DNA of 63,926 bases, the filler included, from Lama guanicoe (Eukaryota): the NCBI GenBank assembly GCA_013239625.1. It is 156 parts of 156 records of this genome, joined end to end, with 100 filler letters (N's around TTAATTAATTAA, not from the genome) between each part and the next. Parts side by side here need not be neighbours in the genome. Positions count along the whole stretch, not along the records: positions 36,493 to 36,803 come from PNXV01055252.1; positions 36,904 to 37,214 come from PNXV01055253.1; positions 37,315 to 37,625 come from PNXV01055254.1; positions 37,726 to 38,036 come from PNXV01055255.1; positions 38,137 to 38,447 come from PNXV01055256.1; positions 38,548 to 38,858 come from PNXV01055257.1; positions 38,959 to 39,269 come from PNXV01055258.1; positions 39,370 to 39,680 come from PNXV01055259.1; 148 more parts are not named here. The stretch is one strand, 5' to 3'. Positions 36,393 through 49,268 of this stretch are shown here, piece after piece. The position numbers and the translations under genes are program-made. The notes beneath the pieces were generated by a model, which worked only from the letters and a program-made list of their open reading frames with translations, did not search any database and was not told where the DNA came from. Every line of letters starts with the position of its first letter. The first letter of the stretch is position 1.

Positions 36393-37742
36393 NNNNNNNN
36401 NNNNNNNNNNNNNNNNNNNNNNNNNNNNNNNNNNNNTTAATTAATTAANNNNNNNNNNNNNNNNNNNNNNNNNNNNNNNNNNNNNNNNNNNNTCCTACTT
36501 TCCTTATGCTTCTGAGGGTGAATTCCACACTATCATCCTATTAACCTCTGAGTCCATTACCTCCCACTTCCCAAGGCTGGGGTTGAGCATCCTTTAGCCA
36601 GAACATTAGAGCCCATGCAAGCAGTGTCACATGTGTCTTAACCCGGAGCAGGAGCCTCACCTCCCTTGGAAAATCAGATATATCCTGGAGTAAGGGACAG
36701 TAATCGGATACCTGGGTGTTTAAAGGAGAATATTCAAATTATTCTAAAAATGAGATACTTTCAATTACATAAATAAAGTAACTTATCTCACTAAGAAGGG
36801 AGANNNNNNNNNNNNNNNNNNNNNNNNNNNNNNNNNNNNNNNNNNNNTTAATTAATTAANNNNNNNNNNNNNNNNNNNNNNNNNNNNNNNNNNNNNNNNN
36901 NNNTAATGTTAAAACACAAGATAAAGCTCTCCTCCACCTCCCTCCCCTCATTCCTGGGCTAGGGCCAAAGACACTGGCCAAGAATGAGGAAGTTGCAACA
37001 AAACCCTGAGTGGTGAGGGAGTCATGACCCTGGGGCCATGGTTTGTTTAACCATTCACATGTTAAAGGACATCTTACTTGCCTCTAAGTTTTGGCAATTT
37101 TGAGTAAAGCTGTATGTGCAGGGTTTTGGGTAGGTGTAAGTTTCCTTTCAGCCCCGCTTTCACAGTGTTTTCATATTAATTTAATGACTTATAAGAATTT
37201 AATATTCTGTGCACNNNNNNNNNNNNNNNNNNNNNNNNNNNNNNNNNNNNNNNNNNNNTTAATTAATTAANNNNNNNNNNNNNNNNNNNNNNNNNNNNNN
37301 NNNNNNNNNNNNNNCATCTTAACAAACTAGGGAGTCCCTCTCCTGAGGTTGGGGCTTATTAACTGTTAGGAAGAAGACTGATATACAAACCAGAATGCAG
37401 CTCTTTCATTTACAGAAGAACTGTGATTGCCATGTGGATTACAGGAGTCATATCAGGATGACCAAACTCTCTAGGAAAAGGACACAGGAGCCAAATTATA
37501 CTCAGAAAGTTGCTTGTTCATCCCAAATGGTTCAAGCAGGATGTGTGTGATTCAAGTGTTGAACGTCATTGGCCTATGTTACCCTTTCCTCAGAAAAGAC
37601 TCACACAGCACTGCCAAGTAGAATTNNNNNNNNNNNNNNNNNNNNNNNNNNNNNNNNNNNNNNNNNNNNTTAATTAATTAANNNNNNNNNNNNNNNNNNN
37701 NNNNNNNNNNNNNNNNNNNNNNNNNTGAAACTTTTGGTAGGA

Positions 37743-37983
37743 TGTCTTTGGCTACTTGAGCAGCACTATCTGAAGTGACTCCCCCTGTATTTCCAGCGTC
37801 CCCTCAATCTTTCCTCCAGCCCTGCCTGGGGGACCAGTAGTTCTGCCCTCAAAAAGCCTGTTGTTTCTCAAGAAGAGTTTCCTGTGAAATATAATCATGT
37901 CCCTCTTGTGGGGACATTCACTCCAGAGATTTGGTGGCAGGGGAAAATGTTTAGTCTGCTTTTGGTAGAGGCTAAACTGTTCC
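37743..37983 (+). repeat. Unrecognised repeat, homologous to 14408-14648
   Basis: 241-bp gap-free alignment, ~87% identity. Confidence 0.9.
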
Positions 37984-38136
37984 ATATTTATTAGAAGCAA
38001 ATCCAATGAGGGAACTGTGTTGGCATCTAACAAATCNNNNNNNNNNNNNNNNNNNNNNNNNNNNNNNNNNNNNNNNNNNNTTAATTAATTAANNNNNNNN
38101 NNNNNNNNNNNNNNNNNNNNNNNNNNNNNNNNNNNN

Positions 38137-38291
38137 GGGAGTTACTTCTCTTTCCCTGGGTAGCTCCTGAGTATACATAAGGTACACATGTTAAGACGCT
38201 TTTGTCTTCTCTTGTTAATCTGTCTTTTATCATAGGATGTCCCAATAAAGAACTTAGAAAGGTAGATAGAAAATTATTTTCCTTTCCTACA
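38137..38291 (+). mobile_element. ERV1-class LTR 3' end
   Basis: CTCTTGTTAATCTGTCTTTT...GAACTTAGAAAGGTAGA..GAAAATTATTTTCCTTTCCTACA ending in the LTR-terminal CA. Confidence 0.7.
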
Positions 38292-39369
38292 CTTTCTTAA
38301 ATGTCATGTCATATTACTTGTTTATTCATTAAAACAAAGCAAAACAAAAACTGCTTCAACTGAGTATAATATACCACGTAGGAGTACAGCTGCATTGTTT
38401 TCCTTTCTAAATCAAAGGCTGCTATATTGCAGTTGGTAAAAAAAAAANNNNNNNNNNNNNNNNNNNNNNNNNNNNNNNNNNNNNNNNNNNNTTAATTAAT
38501 TAANNNNNNNNNNNNNNNNNNNNNNNNNNNNNNNNNNNNNNNNNNNNTTGTTATATCAGAGTTGAGATTAAAGTTTTAACAGGATTGATTTTTAAAATAC
38601 TGCAGTGAGAGTGTTCTAGTAACACAAAGCGCTACAGCATTAAGTAACATAAAGTAATACCAGGGTATATGGCCAGGAAAATGTTAAAGGACCCACTATT
38701 TAGTAGGAAACAAAGAACAAAAGCCGAGTTGGAAGCTATTAACAGAAAATGGAAAAAAGTATTTATAGAAAAGGGATTAAATAAATTGTTACACTTGTTT
38801 AGTGTAGCGAAATGACATAGCAAAGTAGCAGCCAGAAAAACACCAATAAGTTGTAGCANNNNNNNNNNNNNNNNNNNNNNNNNNNNNNNNNNNNNNNNNN
38901 NNTTAATTAATTAANNNNNNNNNNNNNNNNNNNNNNNNNNNNNNNNNNNNNNNNNNNNAGTTAATTTCTTCCATTTGGTGGTGGTTTTTAGCATCTGAAA
39001 AACTCAGAAAATAAGCAAGAGATACTAGTCTCTGGGGACTTCCAAGAGGAGCCCAGCAGAGGAGGTGGGGGAGGGGTCTGCCCTGGGAAAGCCCCATGGG
39101 GTCTGGCTCCGTTACAGCTTGGCCATGGAAGGTCAAGGAACTAAGTTGCTAAGGCCATGGCTGTTCCCGTGGATGCTGAAGCACAGAGTGAAGAGAAAAC
39201 CGTGAGTCTTCAATGAATGAAGCAGAAGACAAGGAGAGAAAATGCTATGAGCCTAAAATTAGTGAGAAGNNNNNNNNNNNNNNNNNNNNNNNNNNNNNNN
39301 NNNNNNNNNNNNNTTAATTAATTAANNNNNNNNNNNNNNNNNNNNNNNNNNNNNNNNNNNNNNNNNNNN

Positions 39370-39680
39370 TGGAGGCCTTAAGCCCAGGAGACAGCCTCTC
39401 AGATAGCTCTGAGGGACCGTTCTGAAGAGACTACGGAGGAGGCAGGATACACAGAAGTTTTTGCAAAAACCAGGTAATCAGAACATCAAAAGATTACTAT
39501 TAATGAAAGAAAACCAGACATCTCAAGTTAACAAATTTAGCACCTTTCTATGCGTGGAAATATACAAGAGTCTGGGCTCACTGAAATCACTCCTTTGCTA
39601 TCTGCCTTAGCTATCCTGTACCAGTATCCTGTTCATTTCCATCCTGAGTCCCCTCAGGGGGCACCACGGGGGGCGGCTGC
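39370..39680 (-). mobile_element. ERV1-class LTR fragment, cetartiodactyl type
   Basis: AGCCCAGGAGACAGCCTCTCAGATAGCTCTGAGGGAC...AAAACCAGACATCTCAAGTTAA...AAGAGTCTGGGCTCACTGAAATCA resembles recalled ungulate ERV1 LTRs. Confidence 0.72.
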
Positions 39681-41109
39681 NNNNNNNNNNNNNNNNNNNN
39701 NNNNNNNNNNNNNNNNNNNNNNNNTTAATTAATTAANNNNNNNNNNNNNNNNNNNNNNNNNNNNNNNNNNNNNNNNNNNNCACCTAGTGATGCCCGACCC
39801 TGGGATGATTAGATCAGGGGTGCAGAGACCCCTGGGAGTGGGAGGCACTGACAAAGAAGGGGGTGGGCTCCACTCCAGATTGGCGAGTTTGTGGTATGGA
39901 AGGCCCCCCATCCCGTGAGCCGTTTGCTGCCTCTAGGAGCTCGCTGACGCCGGGAGGGCGGTCTCTCCAGGGTCAGGAAGGCCCTGATGTCAGAGCATCA
40001 GAAAGACAGGGCATGAAGAAGCATGACCCCTCCAGGGCCTTCTTGCCCACTGGAAGCCACCACCGCTTCCTCGCCCGCACCGTCCAGCCCTNNNNNNNNN
40101 NNNNNNNNNNNNNNNNNNNNNNNNNNNNNNNNNNNTTAATTAATTAANNNNNNNNNNNNNNNNNNNNNNNNNNNNNNNNNNNNNNNNNNNNTGGCAGTAA
40201 AATCTCTAGGGATGGGGTGAAGGAATCTGCATTTTGAATAAGCAGCAAAGGGCTTCTTGTGTCATCGTGGTTACTGGATCAGGCATTTGTGAAATATAAG
40301 TAAATGTTTGTCTCATTAAATTTTGGTTAACAGCTTAAAATAGGATAAACACCCTCCAAGATCCCATTTGCATTGCCTTGTATTTAGAATTTGGTCCTTG
40401 ATTGCTTAATCTGACTGAAAGTAGGAAAGACCAAGAAAGAGCCATGTGAAAAAGCCTAAACTCTAACAAAGACCCTGGTGTTTCAATCTCTAGATTTTTT
40501 TTNNNNNNNNNNNNNNNNNNNNNNNNNNNNNNNNNNNNNNNNNNNNTTAATTAATTAANNNNNNNNNNNNNNNNNNNNNNNNNNNNNNNNNNNNNNNNNN
40601 NNTCAGAGAGAGAGCCCCACACTGGCGGTAATTCAGGGCCCCCTCCCCAGGGGAACACAGTCTGCCCCCCACTCACCCAGGCGGCGCTCTCGCCCGCAGC
40701 AGCGGCCCCCCCACCCCTGTAACCCTCCAGAGGGAACCTGTGTCCTTGGATAAGAGCTCTGCCAAACATCACACGTGCCTCCCAGATCCAGTTTTGCAAA
40801 CAAAGGGCCAGTGGGCCTTTTCTAGAATTTACATGCAGGGCCCAGAGTCATAAAGTTAAGCCTGCTCCTTTCTGTGTTTTCTGATCTCACCAACATGGGA
40901 TTTCTTTTTTTTTNNNNNNNNNNNNNNNNNNNNNNNNNNNNNNNNNNNNNNNNNNNNTTAATTAATTAANNNNNNNNNNNNNNNNNNNNNNNNNNNNNNN
41001 NNNNNNNNNNNNNCCTGGCCATCACCGGCCACCCTACCAGGGCTCAGGAAGCCTGAGCTGAGATAGCAAGAGCAGAAAAGTACTTATATTCTAGTCATTC
41101 ATAATCCAT

Positions 41110-41324
41110 CTGTGTAAGAAGAATTGCACACCATGAACAAGTGTGAGTGATTCCTGGAATGCAAGAAGGCTTCAGCCCAGGAAAATGCATGAGTGTAATA
41201 CACTACACCAACAGTGTGAGGAGAAAAAACAGGAGCATCTCAATTAACAGTGAGAAAGCAATTGAAGAAATTCACCACCATCTTCTGAATTTCATATAAA
41301 CATGAGAAATTGAAAGGGTAATAC
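41110..41324 (+). mobile_element. Old LINE-1 ORF2 RT fragment
   Basis: CACCATGAACAAGTG...ATTCCTGGAATGCAAGAAGGCTTCA...GAGAAAGCAATTGAAGAAATTCACCACC (HHDQVGFIPGMQGWF...EKAFDKIQH-like). Confidence 0.8.
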
Positions 41325-42657
41325 NNNNNNNNNNNNNNNNNNNNNNNNNNNNNNNNNNNNNNNNNNNNTTAATTAATTAANNNNNNNNNNNNNNNNNNNN
41401 NNNNNNNNNNNNNNNNNNNNNNNNGCACCGCTGGGCCCTGGGGGACACCTGGTCGAGGTGACTGAGGCTGGAAGGGGAGGGGAGCAGAGTGTGTCCGATC
41501 ATTTCATGCAGCTGATGTGTGGAGCGACACTGCGAGGGACGGGATCCAATCCCCACTGAGGACAGGGTCCCAGGGACACACAGCTGATAAATGTCTAATT
41601 AAATGTTAAGAAGAACTGTTATTCCTGGAGCAGTTTTAGCCCCCGAGGACTTCAAGCTCCTGACCTTGTTCACACCCATGTTTACATGCAAATCATCGCC
41701 CCCTCCCCTTCCCACATCCTCCTGCTTTTTGGGGGNNNNNNNNNNNNNNNNNNNNNNNNNNNNNNNNNNNNNNNNNNNNTTAATTAATTAANNNNNNNNN
41801 NNNNNNNNNNNNNNNNNNNNNNNNNNNNNNNNNNNAACACACACACACACAATAAATAAAGGAATAGAGAGAAACATATTTGCAAGACATTTGAAATAGG
41901 CTAATAATGTCTGTATAAATAATGTATTGATTTGTAAAAGAAAAACTGGAAAGATACAGACAAAATGATTCTCAAGAATAATTATGCAAAGAGATACTTA
42001 AAAAATTTGACTTTTGCTTCCTACATTTCTGTATTTTTAGCAAATCATTTGCATTATTTTGTGATAAAATATATTTAAAACTGTTGTCCTGTCACCCTCT
42101 TTACTTATTTTAGTCTATTTGCTCTTTTCTCCTTTATAATTTATAANNNNNNNNNNNNNNNNNNNNNNNNNNNNNNNNNNNNNNNNNNNNTTAATTAATT
42201 AANNNNNNNNNNNNNNNNNNNNNNNNNNNNNNNNNNNNNNNNNNNNGGGGCTGGAGCCCCCACTTCGCATGGTCCTGGGAGAAAGAATAGCACAGGGGCA
42301 TCCCTGGAAGAGGCAACAGCCCTGGGCGAGAATCAGGACCCTCAGGGCCACTGACCAGGACTGCAGAGGGCCGTGGGCAGGACTTTGGCCTCTCCTGTTG
42401 AATATAACAGGAGGGTGACCCCCTACTGAGGCCAGGGTCCTAACACAGGAGAGGGCAAGTGTCTAGAGAAATCCACAGTGGAAATCTTGGTCACGGGAAC
42501 GACTTACTTTTCGTCACTCGATTTGGCACAATGACTACAGCACATAGCAAGAATCTGNNNNNNNNNNNNNNNNNNNNNNNNNNNNNNNNNNNNNNNNNNN
42601 NTTAATTAATTAANNNNNNNNNNNNNNNNNNNNNNNNNNNNNNNNNNNNNNNNNNNN

Positions 42658-42968
42658 ATCAAGAAAAAAAGGGAGAGGGCTCAAATCAATAAAATCAGAA
42701 ATGAAAGAGGAGAAGTTATAACCGACATCACAGGAATACAAAGGGGCATAAGAGACTACTACAAGAAACTATACACCAACAAAATGGACAACCTAGAAGA
42801 AACGGACAAATTGTTAGAAAGGTACAACCTCCCAAGACTGAACCAGAAAGAAACAGAAAATATGAACAGACAAATTACCAGTACTAAAATTGAATCAGTA
42901 ATTTAAAACTATCAACAATCAAAAGTCCAGGACCAGATGGCTTCACAGGTGAATTCTACCAAACATTT
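42658..42968 (+). mobile_element. LINE-1 ORF2 fragment with stop/frameshift
   Basis: IKKKRERAQINKIRNERGEVITD...YNLPRLNQKETENMNRQITSTKIESVI* then KSPGPDGFTGEFYQTF. Confidence 0.97.
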
Positions 42969-43291
42969 NNNNNNNNNNNNNNNNNNNNNNNNNNNNNNNN
43001 NNNNNNNNNNNNTTAATTAATTAANNNNNNNNNNNNNNNNNNNNNNNNNNNNNNNNNNNNNNNNNNNNTTAGAATTCTAAATTCTAAATTTTAAAACTCC
43101 ACTGTTTCTTGATTTTTTAAGTCTGAAAAAATTGTGTTTTGCCTTATACTTACTGTAGAAAGATTAATATTTAATACTTGATAAATATTAAGATTTTTAT
43201 GCAAACTTTTTATGTGTTTATGTAAAGAGTACAGTCAGCAGGATCCTAAATGCCCTTGTATTCTGGAAAAGCCAAGATATTGCCCTCAGAA

Positions 43292-43379
43292 TGTTACCGT
43301 GTCAAATTCTTTCTGCTTTCCGCACAACAGGCCAATAAATCGGAGATGCGGTGTTGGGGCAAGGAATAGTGACTTTTTC
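43292..43379 (-). mobile_element. ERV LTR terminus
   Basis: TGTTACCG...CCGCACAACAGGCCAATAAATCGGAGA.GCGGTGTTGGGGCAAGGAATAGTGACTTT resembles recalled ungulate ERV1 LTR end. Confidence 0.6.
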
Positions 43380-43890
43380 NNNNNNNNNNNNNNNNNNNNN
43401 NNNNNNNNNNNNNNNNNNNNNNNTTAATTAATTAANNNNNNNNNNNNNNNNNNNNNNNNNNNNNNNNNNNNNNNNNNNNTGTAGTTGAGAGCAGGATGGT
43501 CTTTCGAGACAGGAGGGACAAGAGGTTCTGGCTGCCACTCTTCAATCAGTTCTTCCTTTTCCTACAGGAGGAAACACAGCGCAGGGCTAGTTACTGGACA
43601 GCAGCTCCAGCAGTACCCAAACTGTTTGTTGTAATGCAGCCGTCATAATGAACACCTTACTAGAAACAGAGGTCTAGCTGTTGTGGCTGGAAATGACACA
43701 GAATTACTACTGAGTTTTGCACACTTAACTCTTCACCTCTTTCCCTATCTTAGGAGAAAGGCTCTTTTACCCTATAGCTCTGTGAGTGACNNNNNNNNNN
43801 NNNNNNNNNNNNNNNNNNNNNNNNNNNNNNNNNNTTAATTAATTAANNNNNNNNNNNNNNNNNNNNNNNNNNNNNNNNNNNNNNNNNNNN

Positions 43891-44008
43891 AGCAAGGCTC
43901 TCACTCAGATTTGATGGAGAAATCAAAAGCTTCACAGATTAACAAAACATAAAAGATTTTAGCACCACCAAACCAGCTTTACAGCAAATGTTAAAGAAAC
44001 TTCTCTAG
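43891..44008 (+). mobile_element. LINE-1 ORF1 C-terminus
   Basis: ARLSLRFDGEIKSFTD*QNIKDFSTTKPALQQMLKKLL* (ORF1p end with an internal stop). Confidence 0.93.
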
Positions 44009-44073
44009 TCACCAAACCATAAGAAAAAAGATTTAAAGAAAAAAAACAAAACCTACAAGATTGCTTTGTTGGT

Positions 44074-44201
44074 GGGGGAGAGTGTAGCTCAGTGGTAGAG
44101 CACGTACCTAGCGTGCACAAGGACCTGGGTTCAATCCCCAGCACCTCTATTCAAATCAATCAGTCAATCTAATCCCCACTGCCCCGTGCCAAAAAAAAAA
44201 A
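44074..44201 (+). mobile_element. vic-1-type SINE
   Basis: GGGGGAGAGTGTAGCTCAGTGGTAGAGCACGTACCTAGCGTGCACAAGGACCTGGGTTCAATCCCCAGCACCTCTA plus tail and poly(A). Confidence 0.9.
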
Positions 44202-45123
44202 NNNNNNNNNNNNNNNNNNNNNNNNNNNNNNNNNNNNNNNNNNNNTTAATTAATTAANNNNNNNNNNNNNNNNNNNNNNNNNNNNNNNNNNNNNNNNNNN
44301 NCTTTTCCCATGTTTACACTTTTCCCTTATCTTTATAGTCCTTGACTTTAGTCTTTCATTCAAGACTGCTGAGGGGCTTGGATTACTCTTATCCGATTTC
44401 CTGAGATTCTGCGAATCCAGTTTTCATTTTGCCATGTCAGTCTCCACGCACATTTTTCTTAACTCTTCCGGTTTCCTTTATAACTCACCATCTCTTATGA
44501 CATCAATCTGCATCTCTTGTTTCAGAAAGAAGCGTTTGATTTTGTCACTGAGAGAAGCAAATATGGTCTCAGATTTACCATTTGTTTTCCGTAGTAAAGT
44601 TTGTTTTTTTTTNNNNNNNNNNNNNNNNNNNNNNNNNNNNNNNNNNNNNNNNNNNNTTAATTAATTAANNNNNNNNNNNNNNNNNNNNNNNNNNNNNNNN
44701 NNNNNNNNNNNNAAACAAAACAAAGAGCAGAAAGTCTTATATCTGACTCCTATAGTTGCTGAGACATTTCCCTGCTTACCCACAGGGGACTGAGCATGAG
44801 AAGGTAAAAATATGTGCTGTCGGCATGTTGTGTTTATTCTAAGCCTCTTGGGACTCCTGGTGACTCATTCCCTTCTCTGAATTCAGAGTAGCCTAAATAT
44901 TTTTCTGTATGTAACAGGTAAAGGCACATGAGAGCACTCCATTTCGTGGCTTCCTACCTCAAACTACTAGTATATAAATAATTTTAAGGATGTTCTGTGT
45001 ACCTCAGATTCTATATACTTCAANNNNNNNNNNNNNNNNNNNNNNNNNNNNNNNNNNNNNNNNNNNNTTAATTAATTAANNNNNNNNNNNNNNNNNNNNN
45101 NNNNNNNNNNNNNNNNNNNNNNN

Positions 45124-45433
45124 ATCAACAGATGACTAGATAAAGAAGTTGTGATATATTTATACAATGGAAGACTACTCTGCCATAAAAAAGAATAAAA
45201 TGCCATTTGCAGCAACATGGTTGGACCTAGAGATCGTCATTCTAAGCGAAGCCAGGAAGAGAAAGAAAAATACCATATGATATCACTCATATGTGGTATC
45301 TTGGGGAAAAAAAGCGGGGGGGACCACCATGAACTCATTTACAAAACAGAAACAGGCTCACAGACTTAGTAAACAATCTTATGCTTACCAGGGAAAGGGG
45401 GTGGGAGGGGATAAATTTGGAAGTTTGAGATTT
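45124..45433 (+). mobile_element. LINE-1 ORF2 end and 3'UTR
   Basis: TACAATGGAA.ACTACTCTGCCATAAAAAAGAAT...TGCCATTTGCAGCAACATGG..GGACCTAGAGAT...TACCATATGATATCACTCATATGTGG. Confidence 0.95.
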
Positions 45434-45534
45434 NNNNNNNNNNNNNNNNNNNNNNNNNNNNNNNNNNNNNNNNNNNNTTAATTAATTAANNNNNNNNNNN
45501 NNNNNNNNNNNNNNNNNNNNNNNNNNNNNNNNNC

Positions 45535-45627
45535 CCCATGCTCAACCCCATCATCTACAGCCTCAGGAACAAGGATGTGAAGACTGCTGTGAGGAACTTG
45601 GTGAGTGAGAAACACTTCACCTGGTGA
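45535..45627 (+). CDS. Olfactory receptor C-terminus (TM7 to stop), class II, OR13C/OR2S-like
   Basis: [30 protein letters not shown]; PMLNPxIYSLRN is the OR TM7 hallmark. Confidence 0.92.
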   Translation, partial: PMLNPIIYSLRNKDVKTAVRNLVSEKHFTW

Positions 45628-45784
45628 TGTTAGAGGAGAGATGTCCCTGTAGTTCTGTGCCTCTTGGTCACTTTCATCCATGAATCTCAGAAGAATGAGT
45701 CTCCCAAAGAAATTACATATGAAGAGTGACCAGAAAAATTGAATTACACATGTAATGGAGAGTTTTAGCTGTTACTGAACCTAA

Positions 45785-45842
45785 TTTTTAATTTTATTTA
45801 TTTGTTTATTTTTAATGGAGGTACTGGGGATTGAACCCAGGA
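45785..45842 (-). mobile_element. vic-1-type SINE, 3' part
   Basis: TTTATTTATTTGTTTATTTTTAATGGAGGTACTGGGGATTGAACCCAGGA. Confidence 0.85.
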
Positions 45843-46174
45843 NNNNNNNNNNNNNNNNNNNNNNNNNNNNNNNNNNNNNNNNNNNNTTAATTAATTAANN
45901 NNNNNNNNNNNNNNNNNNNNNNNNNNNNNNNNNNNNNNNNNNCAGCAAAATCTGGTCACTACGAGCAGGTGGAGTAATGCCGTTGAATAGAACTCTCTAC
46001 AATGGCAGAAATGTCTTATTTCTTCGCTGTCTAATCATATGTATCTCAACATGCTGTTGTGCTGATTCAACAAGTTCATTTATGTAAAACCCTTAGAACA
46101 CTAACCCACATAAGTGAGCTTCTTACATGTATTTCTTGTAAATCAACTATCTTTGTTCATTTTTCTGTATAGAT

Positions 46175-46253
46175 GTGTATATTCATTTGCTAGGGTTGCC
46201 ATAACAAACTTTCACAAACTGGGTGGCTTAAACAACAGAAATTCATTTTTTTT
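46175..46253 (-). mobile_element. MaLR LTR (MLT1) terminus
   Basis: TGCTAGGGTTGCCATAACAAA...CACAAACTGGGTGGCTTAAACAACAGAAATT. Confidence 0.85.
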
Positions 46254-47184
46254 NNNNNNNNNNNNNNNNNNNNNNNNNNNNNNNNNNNNNNNNNNNNTTA
46301 ATTAATTAANNNNNNNNNNNNNNNNNNNNNNNNNNNNNNNNNNNNNNNNNNNNGGGGTAGGAGATACTTTTCCACAAATCACTTATACTCCAGTAAAATT
46401 GAAAAATTTCAAGGAGGGAAAGTTCACAGAGGGCTCTCATTTTGGAGATGTGTGCTTCCTTTTCTAGTGCAACCCATCTCCAGTTTATTATCCCATCTAT
46501 ACAATAAATTCATGGATGATGGGTCTGTAATGGGTGATAAAGGGAAATTAGATTAATAACAATAACTCATTTATCTCATGCTCTGCACTTTTCAAAGTGT
46601 TTTCAATTATAAGTGGTATTTGATGAAACGTCCTAGTGAGGATGACGAGGCAGAGATTCGTGGTNNNNNNNNNNNNNNNNNNNNNNNNNNNNNNNNNNNN
46701 NNNNNNNNTTAATTAATTAANNNNNNNNNNNNNNNNNNNNNNNNNNNNNNNNNNNNNNNNNNNNGATGTGGTCCTCCAGCAGACTAGCCTGGGCTCATTC
46801 ACATCATGGCAGCGTTCTGCACTTGGTAAGCTCCAAGGCACAGGTGCCACTCAAACCACTGCTTCTTGGATCACATTTGCTAACATCCCACTGGTCCAAA
46901 CAAGTTATGGGGCCAGTTGAGCTTAAAGGATGAGGAAAATAACTTTGCCTTTCTTATGAAAAGGGTAGATAAACGTGCGCATTTTTAGAATCTACTACAT
47001 GATATTATTGTCCTTTTAAAGATTGAAAGTATTATGCTTTATATTTATGTTAGGATGAGAGAACTAGTAAAAAAGNNNNNNNNNNNNNNNNNNNNNNNNN
47101 NNNNNNNNNNNNNNNNNNNTTAATTAATTAANNNNNNNNNNNNNNNNNNNNNNNNNNNNNNNNNNNNNNNNNNNNCCCCCCCCC

Positions 47185-47272
47185 CCCCCACCCCAAGGCC
47201 TGCTGAGTCAGAATCTGCGTTTTAATAAGATCCTGGGGGATTCTTATGCACATTAAAGTTTGAGAAGCCCTG
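47185..47272. mobile_element. MER5 (hAT-Charlie MITE) fragment
   Basis: CTGCTGAGTCAGAATCTGCGTTTTAATAAGATCC..GGGGATTCTTATGCACATTAAAGTTTGAGAAGCCCTG. Confidence 0.85.
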
Positions 47273-47586
47273 GGCCAAGAGCCACCAGAAATGGGAGCCT
47301 GGCCCACATATTAATGAAAAACAGCTGACGTGAAGTAGAAATTTAGAAAGAACAAAACTAAACCAAACAGCTACACCGAGGAAATGAATTTTCTTTTGCA
47401 TTATGTCGGGGAGAGAGAATTAACACCTCAGACTTATGTTCATATGGGAACAGACGCATCGAATAGGGTGACAGATCTTTGTCAGGNNNNNNNNNNNNNN
47501 NNNNNNNNNNNNNNNNNNNNNNNNNNNNNNTTAATTAATTAANNNNNNNNNNNNNNNNNNNNNNNNNNNNNNNNNNNNNNNNNNNN

Positions 47587-47897
47587 TGGTCTGGAATTGA
47601 TAATGACTGCTGACCGATCATTGTGGTGGTTGCTGAAGATTGGTGTGGCTTTTTGCAATTTCTTAAAGTAAGACCACAATGAAGTTTGTCACAGGATTAA
47701 CTCTCCCTTTCAGGAGCAAGTCCTCTGTAGCAGGAAGTGCTATTTGATACATTTTACACACAGGAGGACTTCTTTACAAATTGGAATCAATCCTCTCAAA
47801 CCCTGTGGTAGTTTCTCAGCTAAGTTTGTGCACTCTTATAAGTCCTTTGTTATTTCAACCTTCTTCATGGCATCTTCACCAGTAGAGTCCATCTCAA
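47587..47897 (-). mobile_element. Tigger1 DNA transposon internal fragment
   Basis: GTGGTGGTTGCTGAAG...GCAATTTCTTAAA.TAAGAC.ACAATGAAGTTTG...AAATTGGAATCAATCCTCTCAAACCCTG...GCATCTTCACCAG. Confidence 0.9.
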
Positions 47898-49268
47898 NNN
47901 NNNNNNNNNNNNNNNNNNNNNNNNNNNNNNNNNNNNNNNNNTTAATTAATTAANNNNNNNNNNNNNNNNNNNNNNNNNNNNNNNNNNNNNNNNNNNNAAA
48001 GGATTCAGTACCTAAAAACCCACTATGGTGTCTCCTTATTGACACAAACATATCCATCCTCTCATATGAGAACCTGAATGTGTTCTATTCTACACATCAC
48101 CCTCATATAAACTCCTTACCAACTGGACCATAAATAACTCTGACTTGTAGATTAAAATATTATCTATGAAATAAAATTACAAGTATCTCCATGCACCCAA
48201 AAGCTACAATCTTAACCACTAATTTTAAAATGGAAGAGTTCTTGATCTTTTTGAAAAACTTCTACTTAAAACAAACATCAAAAACTAAGTAGCCTTTTAA
48301 CCAATGTTNNNNNNNNNNNNNNNNNNNNNNNNNNNNNNNNNNNNNNNNNNNNTTAATTAATTAANNNNNNNNNNNNNNNNNNNNNNNNNNNNNNNNNNNN
48401 NNNNNNNNCATTTACCCCTTTTGATCAAGATCTTCCTGTGAAAGCGTCACTGATGGCTTTTCTAGTGTCAACAGCTTTTTATCCCTTAATGTTGGGAAGA
48501 ATCTTTCCTGGGTGCAGTGTCTTATGTCAGAGGGAAAATGCACAGGTTGGAAAACTATTAAAGCCACAGCTGAGTAACAAAGAGGGGTTAGGAAAGAGAA
48601 CTCAGGCATTTTTTCATCTGAAGTTCATATGTTGTCAAGACCATAGACTCTGGAGATCATCTGAAGTGTTACGTCATTGTCAAAGGTTTGGCGACAGACT
48701 TCCAGCTAAGCCTGATCCANNNNNNNNNNNNNNNNNNNNNNNNNNNNNNNNNNNNNNNNNNNNTTAATTAATTAANNNNNNNNNNNNNNNNNNNNNNNNN
48801 NNNNNNNNNNNNNNNNNNNACTTGAAACTTTTGCCTGGATTAGGTGAGCTTAAATAAGGTAGACATGGTGGCAGAGTTGTTGTCATGGGCCATGGGATAA
48901 TAATATAAAAATATTTTATGATTAAAAAAAAGTCTAGCAACCCTTAATGTGTAAAGACATACAAGTGCCAAAAGATCATACATGAAAATCATGAATACAT
49001 TCAAGTTTAGGGATGAAAAGCCCGCAGGGGCCTAGCTACCTCAGATATCACTTAGTCACATTTAAGGCGAACAATTAAAACGGGTTACTTGAGACTTAAA
49101 GAGTTTACCAGGAGGAAGAATTCTCAGTGTNNNNNNNNNNNNNNNNNNNNNNNNNNNNNNNNNNNNNNNNNNNNTTAATTAATTAANNNNNNNNNNNNNN
49201 NNNNNNNNNNNNNNNNNNNNNNNNNNNNNNGTCACAAGGGAACTGGGTGGGAAGGATTTCAGCCTCAT

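Noticed and set aside
2868..45627. Joining the two olfactory-receptor fragments, or the L1 fragments, into single genes/elements
   Set aside because: They lie on unlinked contigs and differ in family or age; order in the window reflects contig length only
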